Shown here: one piece after another, positions 25,330-33,179 of the stretch
How positions within the stretch are numbered: the stretch's first letter is position 1
How the letters are laid out: each line of letters opens with the position of its first letter
Source: Gammaproteobacteria bacterium
Lineage (GTDB): Bacteria; Pseudomonadota; Gammaproteobacteria; Steroidobacterales; MnTg04
Reading direction: 5' to 3'
Assembly: GCA_036443455.1 (NCBI GenBank)
Contig: JAZFYI010000051.1
Span: forward strand, 1-40,104
Length of the DNA stretch: 40,104 nt
Program-made: the position numbers and the translations under genes
The notes under the pieces: generated by a model
The model's input: only the letters and a program-made list of their open reading frames with translations
What the model was told of the DNA's origin: nothing
Database searches by the model: none

Positions 25330-25542
25330 ATGTCCAGCCACCACCGGAACAAGTCTTCGAGCGCCGATAATTCCGACCTGGAGCGGGGATTGCCGGTTGC
25401 CGGTACAGGGATCGAAACACCGGGCGCGGATCGGCTCGATGACCCGCAGGCGACGAAGCCAAAAGAAATTGGCGGACGCGATGGCCTCGAACCCACGCGC
25501 TACGGCGACTGGGAAAAGGCGGGGCGTTGCATCGATTTTTAG
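25330..25542 (+). CDS. DUF1674 / SDHAF4-like succinate dehydrogenase assembly factor (start uncertain)
   Basis: C-terminal EIGGRDGLEPTRYGDWEKAGRCIDF signature; directly upstream of sdhC. Confidence 0.88.
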   Translation: MSSHHRNKSSSADNSDLERGLPVAGTGIETPGADRLDDPQATKPKEIGGRDGLEPTRYGDWEKAGRCIDF

Positions 25543-25601
25543 TAACCGACAGGTGGCGACGTCGTCTGTTCGCCGAAGTTTTGCAGCAAGGGAACCAGCC
25601 A

Positions 25602-25994
25602 ATGGCGAATGACAACCGGCCTCTGTCACCATTTCATCACTACAAACCCCAATTGACTTCGCTGCTGTCGTTTGCCCATCGGCTCAGCGGTATCGCGTTG
25701 TCTGTTTCGGCTGTTGGCCTGGTTTACTGGCTGGTGTTGCTGGCGGATGGTCCGCAGGCGCTCGAGAGGCTCGAAATCCTGGCCACGGTTCCCGGGCAAA
25801 TCTTGCTGGCGGGCGTCACCCTGGCATTTTTCTATCACCTGAACAACGGCATTCGCCACTTGTTCTGGGATATGGGTATGGGGTTTGAGATCGGGCGAAC
25901 CTATCTCACCGGTTGGCTGGTCCTCGCCGCTACCTTGCTGATGTGGGTTGCTTTCTGGGTCGCGGTCACGGATCTGCCGGGTGGTCTGCCGTGA
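25602..25994 (+). CDS. sdhC: Succinate dehydrogenase cytochrome b556 subunit
   Basis: RPLSP, S..HRLSG and [13 protein letters not shown] motifs. Confidence 0.94.
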   Translation: MANDNRPLSPFHHYKPQLTSLLSFAHRLSGIALSVSAVGLVYWLVLLADGPQALERLEILATVPGQILLAGVTLAFFYHLNNGIRHLFWDMGMGFEIGRTYLTGWLVLAATLLMWVAFWVAVTDLPGGLP

Positions 25995-26377
25995 GTCTGC
26001 GATCGCCGCTTGGCAAGGTCATGGGTCTGGGCTCGGCGAAGGAGGGGACCGGGCATTGGTGGATGCAACGGGTTACCGCGATTGCGCTGATCGGGCTTGG
26101 GCTTTGGTTCATGATTTCCCTCGTCGTTATCGGCGATCTCGGTTATCACAGCACTGTCGCCTGGCTCGCTCGTCCGCTCAACGCCGTGTTGTTGTCATCC
26201 TTTGTGCTGACCATGCTCTATCATTCGAAGCTCGGTGTGCAGATCGTCATCGAGGACTATGTCGGTTCGCCTGCGTGGAAAGTGGGTGGTCTGTTGCTAT
26301 CCGTTTTTGTACATCTGCTGCTGGCCATGGCCGGCGTGATTGCCATTTTGCGTATCGGTGCCGGAGGGGTTTCGTGA
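25991..26377 (+). CDS. sdhD: Succinate dehydrogenase hydrophobic anchor subunit
   Basis: [19 protein letters not shown] and [13 protein letters not shown] motifs. Confidence 0.94.
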   Translation: MSLRSPLGKVMGLGSAKEGTGHWWMQRVTAIALIGLGLWFMISLVVIGDLGYHSTVAWLARPLNAVLLSSFVLTMLYHSKLGVQIVIEDYVGSPAWKVGGLLLSVFVHLLLAMAGVIAILRIGAGGVS

Positions 26378-28161
26378 GTGCAGATTATGAATTCGTTGAC
26401 CATCACTACGATGTCGTCGTAGTCGGGGCCGGGGGAGCAGGCCTCAGGGCCACCTTCGGCCTGGTCGAACAAGGCCTGTCTGCCGCCTGCATCACCAAGG
26501 TGTTTCCGACCCGCAGCCACACGGTCGCGGAACAGGGCGGGATCAGCGCGGCGCTCGGCAATATGGGTGAGGACGATTGGCGCTGGCACATGTATGACAC
26601 GGTCAAAGGCTCGGACTGGCTGGGTGATCAGGATGCGATCGAATTCTTGTGCAAGGAGGCGGCCGACGCCGTTATCGAGCTCGAGCATTACGGCGTGCCA
26701 TTTTCGAGAACCGAAGACGGGCGTATTTACCAGCGGCCATTTGGCGGCATGACCACGCATTTTGGCAAGGGCACGGCACAACGCACCTGTGCGGCCGCCG
26801 ATCGCACCGGCCATGCAATGCTGCACACGCTCTATCAGCAATCGTTAAAACACGATGCCGATTTTTTTATCGAGTATTTTGCGATCGACCTGATCATGGA
26901 AAACGGCGAGTGCCGGGGCGTCGTCGCACTTTGCCTGGATGATGGATCCTTGCACCGCTTTATTTCCCAGCAGACGATCCTGGCGACCGGCGGCTACGGG
27001 CGCGCCTACTTTTCCTGCACATCCGCACATACTTGCACCGGCGATGGCGGTGGCATGGTTTTGCGCGCCGGTCTGCCGTTGCAGGATCTCGAATTTATCC
27101 AGTTCCACCCGACCGGGGTATACGGCGCCGGCATGCTGATCACCGAAGGGGTGCGCGGCGAGGGCGGTTACCTGACCAACTCGGATGGCGAGCGTTTCAT
27201 GGAGCGTTACGCGCCCAACGCCAAGGATCTCGCCAGCCGGGATGTGGTCAGTCGCGCGATGACCATCGAGATTCGCGAAGGCAGGGGCGTTGGCCCTGAG
27301 AAGGATCACATTTTCCTGCACCTGGAGCACCTGGGTACGGAGGTGATCGAGGAGCAGCTTCCCGGCATCGCCGAGACGGCCAGGGTGTTCGCCGGGGTCG
27401 ATGTGACGCGCGCACCGATCCCGGTTTTGCCGACCGTGCATTACAACATGGGCGGCATACCCACCAATTTGCATGGCGAGGCGCTAACAAAATCGGGAGA
27501 CGACGCGATTACGCTGGTGCCCGGGCTGATGGCGGTCGGTGAGGCCGCGTGCGTCTCGGTACACGGGGCCAACAGGCTGGGCTCGAATTCCTTGCTCGAC
27601 CTGGTCGTGTTCGGGCGGGCCGCTGCCCGGCGTTGCGCTGAAACTGTGAAGCCAAAGGCGCGGCACAGGCCGCTGCCGGATGAATCCTGCAGCCATATCG
27701 TCGAGCGCCTCGACCGCCTGCGCAACGCCAATGGCAGTTTGCCGACGGCAGTCATACGCCAGAACATGCAAAAAGCCATGCAGGACCATGCCGCGGTTTT
27801 TCGCACCGGCGAGGCCTTGCGGGAAGGGATCGATAAAATGGAGCAGGTGTACCGGAGTTTTGCCGATGTTCGGGTGCATGATCGCTCGTTGATCTGGAAC
27901 ACCGACCTGGTTGAAACCATGGAACTGGAGAACCTGCTGTTGCAAGCCAAGGCGGCGATCGAGTCGGCGGCCAACCGGCAGGAGAGCCGCGGCGCCCACG
28001 CGCGCGAAGATTTTCCCGATCGTGACGATGAGAACTGGCTAAAACACACGCTTTGCTGGGTGGCCGGCGATGGCACGGTCCGGCTGGACTACCGGCCCGT
28101 TCAGCTCGAGACGCTGAGCGACGAAGTCGAATCGATCCCGCCGATGGCGCGTGTATATTAA
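26374..28161 (+). CDS. sdhA: Succinate dehydrogenase flavoprotein subunit
   Basis: [42 protein letters not shown] and ESRGAH motifs; GTG at 26374. Confidence 0.98.
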   Translation: MSADYEFVDHHYDVVVVGAGGAGLRATFGLVEQGLSAACITKVFPTRSHTVAEQGGISAALGNMGEDDWRWHMYDTVKGSDWLGDQDAIEFLCKEAADAVIELEHYGVPFSRTEDGRIYQRPFGGMTTHFGKGTAQRTCAAADRTGHAMLHTLYQQSLKHDADFFIEYFAIDLIMENGECRGVVALCLDDGSLHRFISQQTILATGGYGRAYFSCTSAHTCTGDGGGMVLRAGLPLQDLEFIQFHPTGVYGAGMLITEGVRGEGGYLTNSDGERFMERYAPNAKDLASRDVVSRAMTIEIREGRGVGPEKDHIFLHLEHLGTEVIEEQLPGIAETARVFAGVDVTRAPIPVLPTVHYNMGGIPTNLHGEALTKSGDDAITLVPGLMAVGEAACVSVHGANRLGSNSLLDLVVFGRAAARRCAETVKPKARHRPLPDESCSHIVERLDRLRNANGSLPTAVIRQNMQKAMQDHAAVFRTGEALREGIDKMEQVYRSFADVRVHDRSLIWNTDLVETMELENLLLQAKAAIESAANRQESRGAHAREDFPDRDDENWLKHTLCWVAGDGTVRLDYRPVQLETLSDEVESIPPMARVY

Positions 28162-28180
28162 GAACTGACGAGGAGCATTC

Positions 28181-28963
28181 ATGGTTCAGCTGACACTGCC
28201 GGCAAATTCTAAAGTGCACAAGGGCGAGACCTATACGGCGGCCGATGCGACCGGCGATGTGCGCCGCCTGCTGGTTTATCGTTACGATCCGGATAACGAA
28301 GACAACCCGCGCATGGACAGCTACGAAGTGGATATGGACAGTTGCGGGCCGATGGTCCTGGATGCGCTGATCAAGATCAAGAACGAGATCGACCCGAGCC
28401 TGTCGTTCCGCCGCTCGTGCCGCGAGGGCATCTGCGGGTCCTGCGCGATGAATATCGACGGCACCAACGACCTTGCCTGTATGCGCGCGATCGATGACGT
28501 CAAAGGGGACATCAAGGTTTATCCGTTGCCGCATCTGCCGGTGATCAAGGACCTGGTCCCGGACATGAGTAATTTCTATGCCCAATATGCATCGATCAAG
28601 CCCTGGCTGCAAAGTCACACGCCGCCACCGCCGGATCGTGAGCGGCTGCAATCGAAGGAAGACCAGGAGAAGATCAACGAGCCGGCGGCCTGTATCATGT
28701 GCGCCTGTTGTTCGACTGCCTGCCCGAGTTACTGGTGGAACGACGAGCGTTACCTCGGCCCGGCGACCTTGCTGCAAGCATACCGCTGGCTGGTCGACAG
28801 TCGTGACGAGGCAACGGGCGAGCGGCTGGATCAGCTCGAGGATCCGTTCAGGCTGTATCGTTGTCATACGATCATGAACTGCACGAAAACCTGCCCGAAG
28901 GGGCTCAACCCGGCGCGGGCGATTGCCGAAATCAAGAAAATGATGCTCGAACGACAGCACTGA
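28181..28963 (+). CDS. sdhB: Succinate dehydrogenase iron-sulfur subunit
   Basis: [22 protein letters not shown] and [12 protein letters not shown] motifs. Confidence 0.98.
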   Translation: MVQLTLPANSKVHKGETYTAADATGDVRRLLVYRYDPDNEDNPRMDSYEVDMDSCGPMVLDALIKIKNEIDPSLSFRRSCREGICGSCAMNIDGTNDLACMRAIDDVKGDIKVYPLPHLPVIKDLVPDMSNFYAQYASIKPWLQSHTPPPPDRERLQSKEDQEKINEPAACIMCACCSTACPSYWWNDERYLGPATLLQAYRWLVDSRDEATGERLDQLEDPFRLYRCHTIMNCTKTCPKGLNPARAIAEIKKMMLERQH

Positions 28964-28979
28964 ACAGGCACCGGTCGGC

Positions 28980-29228
28980 ATGACAGAACACGATGATGCC
29001 CGGTTGCGCTGGCGCTGCCGCCGTGGCATGAAAGAGCTGGATATACTGCTCGAAAGATTTCTGAAATCCAGGTTCGAGGCCATGGATGGGCGGCAAAAAG
29101 CCGTGTTCTCGGGTTTTCTGAATCTGCCGGACCCGCAACTGGCGGACTTTTTAATCAATGGCGTGGTACCGGTCGATGCTGACTGCAAAACACTTGTCGA
29201 ACAAATACTCGCCTGTCCTCACGATTGA
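28980..29228 (+). CDS. sdhE: FAD assembly factor SdhE
   Basis: RLRWRCRRGMKELD (RGxxE) motif. Confidence 0.93.
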   Translation: MTEHDDARLRWRCRRGMKELDILLERFLKSRFEAMDGRQKAVFSGFLNLPDPQLADFLINGVVPVDADCKTLVEQILACPHD

Positions 29229-29631
29229 GCCGGGACCGGTTCAGCCCATGGCGGCCTGGCTTGCCGCGGGTCTGGTGCTGGCCGGCGCAGGTTTGTTATG
29301 CAGTTCCTTGCCGGCGATGGCGAAACTGGTGTCGGCGGGGTTCCTGCTGGCGGGGTCTTGCTACGATTGGCGCCGGTGCGTTCGCGGCGCAGGCCTGCGC
29401 TCGGTCAGGCAGGTGCGTTGGGAAACCCGTGGGTGGCGTTTGCAGGGTCGATCCGGCGCCTGGCAAAGCGCTGTTTTGCTGGCCGGCCGCTGTCGTTTTC
29501 TGTGGGGCGTCAAGCTGTGCTGGCTGGACGAAAATGGCGCCAAAAAGAGCGCGCTTTTTTTTCATTCACGTCGATCCGCGAGCAGCTTTCGCCGGTTCCG
29601 GGTGCGCTTGAAACTGGCAGATATTGCATAG
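29194..29631 (+). CDS. YgfX-like inner membrane protein
   Basis: Two TM segments and C-terminal FRRFRVRL; position after sdhE; TTG at 29194 chosen as start. Confidence 0.65.
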   Translation: MSNKYSPVLTIEPGPVQPMAAWLAAGLVLAGAGLLCSSLPAMAKLVSAGFLLAGSCYDWRRCVRGAGLRSVRQVRWETRGWRLQGRSGAWQSAVLLAGRCRFLWGVKLCWLDENGAKKSALFFHSRRSASSFRRFRVRLKLADIA

Positions 29632-29709
29632 CAGCAAAGAAATCGACAAACTCTCTCATTCATTATGCGACCCAATGCTCAAATGCCTGAAATCATGTCT
29701 TTTTTGCCA

Positions 29710-29736
29710 GAACTTTCTATCCGGGACCGAGTCTAT
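29710..29736 (+). promoter_or_regulatory. Sigma-E (RpoE/AlgU)-type autoregulatory promoter
   Basis: GAACTT (29710-29715), 16-nt spacer, TCTAT (29732-29736), upstream of rpoE. Confidence 0.75.
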
Positions 29737-29780
29737 TTCACTGGTTGCGCTGGTGCTTGCCCGGTTTCAGGGCGCACGTC

Positions 29781-30356
29781 ATGAGTGAGCGCCAGGTGGA
29801 CCAGAAACTGGTCGTCAAGGTTCAACAAGGCGACAAGACGGCATTCGATGTGCTGGTACTCAAGTACCAGCACAAGGTGATCAAGGTGATCATGCGTTAT
29901 ATCCGCGATCCTTCCGAGGCGCTGGATGTGGCGCAGGAAGCTTTTTTGAAGGCGTACCGTGCCTTACCGCGGTTTCGAGGCGACAGCGCTTTCTATACAT
30001 GGCTGTACCGGATCGCGATCAACACCGCCAAGAACCACCTGGTGGCCGCGAGAAGGAGACCGCTGGATTACGATCTGGACCCGCAGGATCCGGACCAATA
30101 TGACATGCAGGGCCGTTTGAGTGACGGCGATACGCCTGAACACCTGGTGCTTAGCGAGGAAATCAGGCACACCGTCAACCGGGCGATACAAAATTTGCCG
30201 GAGGATCTTCGCACGGCGATTATCCTCCGCGAAGTGGAAGGAATGAGTTACGAGGAGATCGCCCAAACCATGGAGTGCCCGGTGGGCACGGTGCGATCGA
30301 GGATATTCAGGGCCCGGGAGGCGATCGACAAGAAGCTCAGGCCTTTGCTGGATTGA
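29781..30356 (+). CDS. rpoE: ECF sigma factor RpoE
   Basis: DVAQEAFLKAYRAL..FRGDSAFYTWLYRIA and CPVGTVRSRIFRAR motifs. Confidence 0.97.
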   Translation: MSERQVDQKLVVKVQQGDKTAFDVLVLKYQHKVIKVIMRYIRDPSEALDVAQEAFLKAYRALPRFRGDSAFYTWLYRIAINTAKNHLVAARRRPLDYDLDPQDPDQYDMQGRLSDGDTPEHLVLSEEIRHTVNRAIQNLPEDLRTAIILREVEGMSYEEIAQTMECPVGTVRSRIFRAREAIDKKLRPLLD

Positions 30357-30386
30357 ACGACGAACGAAAAACGGATTGAAAAAGAT

Positions 30387-31037
30387 ATGGAAACGAAGGA
30401 AATGGCCGGCGATCGCTTGTCGGCGCTGATCGATGATGAGCTGGCGTCCAGGGAGCAGCCTTTGCTGCTTGCCCGACTTTGCCGGGACCCGGTCAGCCGC
30501 GGGAAATTCGGCCGTTACGCGCTGATCGGTAACGCGATGCGTGCGGCTAAAGACGATTTGCTGGCTGTATCTCTGGCCGGCAACGTCAGCGTTGAATTGG
30601 ATGGCGTGGCCGCGCACCAGGGCGGGCCGGGCATTGGCAATCACAGGTTGATCCGGCCGCTGCTGGGTTTTGCGGTTGCGGCCGGGGTCGCGGCGCTGGC
30701 GATCATCAACCTGCCGGGTGCGGGTTTATTGCTCAACGGTGGGCTCAACAGTGGTCTCGACGGTGGGCTCGACAGTGGTCGGGACAGTGGCTCACCGGGT
30801 ATCGCGGGGACGGCCGGGCCCAGTTACACGGTGCCGCCCGATTCCGGTTCGATCACACGCGAACCGCTTGTCAGGGCAAGACTGGCGAGTTACCTGATGG
30901 ATCACAGCGAGTTTTCCCCATCCCCGGTTCGGCGAAATGTCCTCTATGAGATCATCGGCCGCGAGGACGCCACAGCCGTTCTGAACGAGCAGGCAGACTC
31001 GCCGGCAGAGCCACCAGGCGAGAGTTCCGGCCAATGA
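30387..31037 (+). CDS. rseA: Anti-sigma-E factor RseA/MucA
   Basis: LSALIDDEL, RYALIGNAMR, a TM segment and YLMDH; follows rpoE. Confidence 0.85.
   Translation: METKEMAGDRLSALIDDELASREQPLLLARLCRDPVSRGKFGRYALIGNAMRAAKDDLLAVSLAGNVSVELDGVAAHQGGPGIGNHRLIRPLLGFAVAAGVAALAIINLPGAGLLLNGGLNSGLDGGLDSGRDSGSPGIAGTAGPSYTVPPDSGSITREPLVRARLASYLMDHSEFSPSPVRRNVLYEIIGREDATAVLNEQADSPAEPPGESSGQ
30732..30791 (+). repeat. 12-bp in-frame tandem repeat, 5 units, in rseA
   Basis: ctcaacggtggg ctcaacagtggt ctcgacggtggg ctcgacagtggt cgggacagtggc. Confidence 0.85.
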
Positions 31038-32008
31038 TCAGGACGCGCAGGATTCATTGGCTGATATTGCTTTGCCTGGCGCCGCTCGCGGCGCCGGCCG
31101 AAGAAGCCGTTGACTGGCTACGCAAAATGGACCACGCGTTAAAAACCCTGAATTACCAGGGTGTTTTCGTTCGTCTGCGTGATGGCGATGTCGACCCGAT
31201 GAAAGTCATCCACCGCGTACACGATGGCCAGGCCGTAGAGAGGCTGGTAGCGCTGGATGGCATTGGCCGTGAAGTCATATCCAAAGGTGAAGAGGTCGTC
31301 TGTTTTTTCCCCGATACGGAGTCCGTGGTCGTGGAGAAAAGAAACGGGCACCAGCCATTGCTGGGTGCGGTCCCGACGCTCAGCGACGAGGTGTTGCATA
31401 ACTATTTGCTCAGCGTAAAAACCGGCAAAAGCGTGCTGGACCGTGCCGTCGTCATTGTCGATGTAAGCCCCAAGGACCATTTTCGCTATGGATACCGGTT
31501 GTGGCTGGACGAGCAGACCGGTCTGCCGCTGATCTCCCAGGTGCGTGGCGGCCAGGGGCAGATCATCGAGCAAATGAGGTTTGCCAGTATCGAGTTTCCG
31601 GATGAAATCCCGGAAGCCGCCGTTCAGTCCGGCGTAGATGTCAGCGGTTATCGCTGGAGCTATCCAGGGGACAAGGCGAGCCAAACGCCAGGCAAGGTGG
31701 AACAGGCCTGGCGAGCCGACAATCTGCCTGCGGGCTTCGTCCTGGCAATGTACCGGCTGGACACTCAACCGCAGGCAATACAACCCGTTGTCCACATGGT
31801 CTATAGCGATGGCCTGGCGTCGGTTTCGGTTTTCGTGGAAAAACCGGGGCCGGACGAGACGCCGAGTAGCGGACCATCCAGGCTGGGTGCAGCCAATGCA
31901 TACACGTTGCTGGTCAAAGAGCACCTGGTAACCGCCATCGGTGAAGTCCCGCCGGTTACTGTCCGCGATATCGCCAGTTCTGTGGTGGCGGATTCGAATA
32001 TAAACTGA
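31034..32008 (+). CDS. rseB: Sigma-E regulator RseB/MucB
   Basis: Signal peptide; LNYQGVF, RYGYRLWLD, YSDGLASVSVF and GEVP motifs. Confidence 0.92.
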   Translation: MIRTRRIHWLILLCLAPLAAPAEEAVDWLRKMDHALKTLNYQGVFVRLRDGDVDPMKVIHRVHDGQAVERLVALDGIGREVISKGEEVVCFFPDTESVVVEKRNGHQPLLGAVPTLSDEVLHNYLLSVKTGKSVLDRAVVIVDVSPKDHFRYGYRLWLDEQTGLPLISQVRGGQGQIIEQMRFASIEFPDEIPEAAVQSGVDVSGYRWSYPGDKASQTPGKVEQAWRADNLPAGFVLAMYRLDTQPQAIQPVVHMVYSDGLASVSVFVEKPGPDETPSSGPSRLGAANAYTLLVKEHLVTAIGEVPPVTVRDIASSVVADSNIN

Positions 32009-32430
32009 TGATCAGGGAAAGCGGCTGCGTGGTTCGTATCGCCGGCCCGTTTGCCTGGGTAAGCTGCGAATCTCGAGCGGGGTGCGAGCGCTGCGCCGAG
32101 GGCAAGGGTTGCGGAGGCGGTCTCCTCAGCAGGCTGCTTGGCGACCGGTTGTTTCAGTTGCGCGTACCGGTGCGCACTGGCATCAGCGTAGGCGACCAGG
32201 TCCAGCTGGGCATTTCCGAGGGGGCGTTGCTTGGCGCTGCCTGCCTGATGTACTTGCTGCCCTTGCTTGCGCTGTTGGCCGGCGCGCTGATCGGCGATTT
32301 TCTGGGCGGCGACGGCCCCGCGTTGTTGCTCGGCGGTCTCGCCCTGCTGGCCAGTTTCCTCTCATTGCATGTCTTCAGGGAGCAGATCGCGCGCAGCAGG
32401 CGGTTTCAACCGGTCATCCTGGAATCCTAG
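32008..32430 (+). CDS. rseC: RseC/MucC family membrane protein
   Basis: CERC...GCG cysteine cluster and YLLPL followed by TM segments. Confidence 0.9.
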   Translation: MIRESGCVVRIAGPFAWVSCESRAGCERCAEGKGCGGGLLSRLLGDRLFQLRVPVRTGISVGDQVQLGISEGALLGAACLMYLLPLLALLAGALIGDFLGGDGPALLLGGLALLASFLSLHVFREQIARSRRFQPVILES

Positions 32431-32594
32431 CCCGGCTTATTCATGAATCGTCGCGATGATTGCGCAGAGCATTGTTTGCACACGGGATTTTCTGACCGAG
32501 CGGAATATCCGTGTGTATTTCCGAGGGAGGAAAATCCCGTGTGCAAACAAGGATCAAGCAAGGGCGCGAGCGCATTCATGAATAATCCGGGCTA
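32428..32594. mobile_element. MITE-like element family B with nested inverted repeats, TA at both ends
   Basis: TIR tagcccggcttattcatgaat (32428-32448) / attcatgaataatccgggcta (32574-32594), 20/21 match; inner perfect 21-bp IR at 32472-32492 / 32530-32550. Confidence 0.75.
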
Positions 32595-32596
32595 AC

Positions 32597-32842
32597 ATGG
32601 GCGTGGAACTGGTTTTGTACACCCGCAAGGCCTGCGGTCTGTGCGATGAAATGCTGGCTCAGCTGGAACCGCTGTTGCACGCACACCGAGCCAGCATCAC
32701 GGTCGTCGATATCGCCGGCGATGCCGGGTTGATGGACCGTTTCGGCGTGCGCATTCCGGTGCTGCTTTGCCAGGGGGAAATCGTCTGCGAAGGGCATCTC
32801 GATCCCGATCTGGTCGTGCAAAGCCTGCGTCGCCACCGTTAA
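32597..32842 (+). CDS. Glutaredoxin-like protein (DUF836)
   Basis: LYTRKACGLCDE CxxC motif, VDI and RIPVL. Confidence 0.85.
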   Translation: MGVELVLYTRKACGLCDEMLAQLEPLLHAHRASITVVDIAGDAGLMDRFGVRIPVLLCQGEIVCEGHLDPDLVVQSLRRHR

Positions 32843-32920
32843 ATAACCCGTATTTCGAGCAGGCATGGCCGACAGCGTTTATAATCCCCGCCTGTCACCC
32901 TTCTTTTGGAGCGTTCATTT

Positions 32921-33175
32921 ACCCGCATATTTCACCAAGGCGGCAGCCGCCGGGTTTGAGAAACGGAAGGCCAGGTATTTTGAGGAATCGATGCGTTGAT
33001 CGTTGATTATAGTTTGTGCGCCGGCGTCTACCTATCGCGGCCCTGGCTGGTTCTCGGACGCCTGAGCTTGGTCTTCACTCAACCCATAGCTACCGCTATG
33101 GGTTTCGCTCCAGACCTGCCCTCAGCCGCCCGAGTCCTCACCCAGGATCCGCGATCCTTGGTGAAGTATGCGGGT
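32921..33175. mobile_element. MITE-like element family A, long copy
   Basis: TIR acccgcatatttcaccaagg (32921-32940) / ccttggtgaagtatgcgggt (33156-33175); homologous to 11045-11192 plus a 108-bp internal segment. Confidence 0.8.
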
Positions 33176-33179
33176 TAGC

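Noticed and set aside
24397-25542. 381-aa ORF ending in the DUF1674 motif, suggesting a large fusion protein
   Set aside because: Most of it is antisense to ygfZ; only the last ~70 codons match the small DUF1674 family
25948-26373. Apparent 142-aa N-terminal extension of SdhA
   Set aside because: It overlaps sdhD in another frame; the GTG at 26374 with GGAGG upstream is the natural start
28980-29631. sdhE-ygfX as a CptBA toxin-antitoxin pair
   Set aside because: SdhE is an established flavinylation factor and sits here in the sdh operon; nothing in the sequence supports a toxin role
32845-32856. taacccgtatttc resembling a family A terminus
   Set aside because: It needs a 2-nt gap, is short and has no partner repeat
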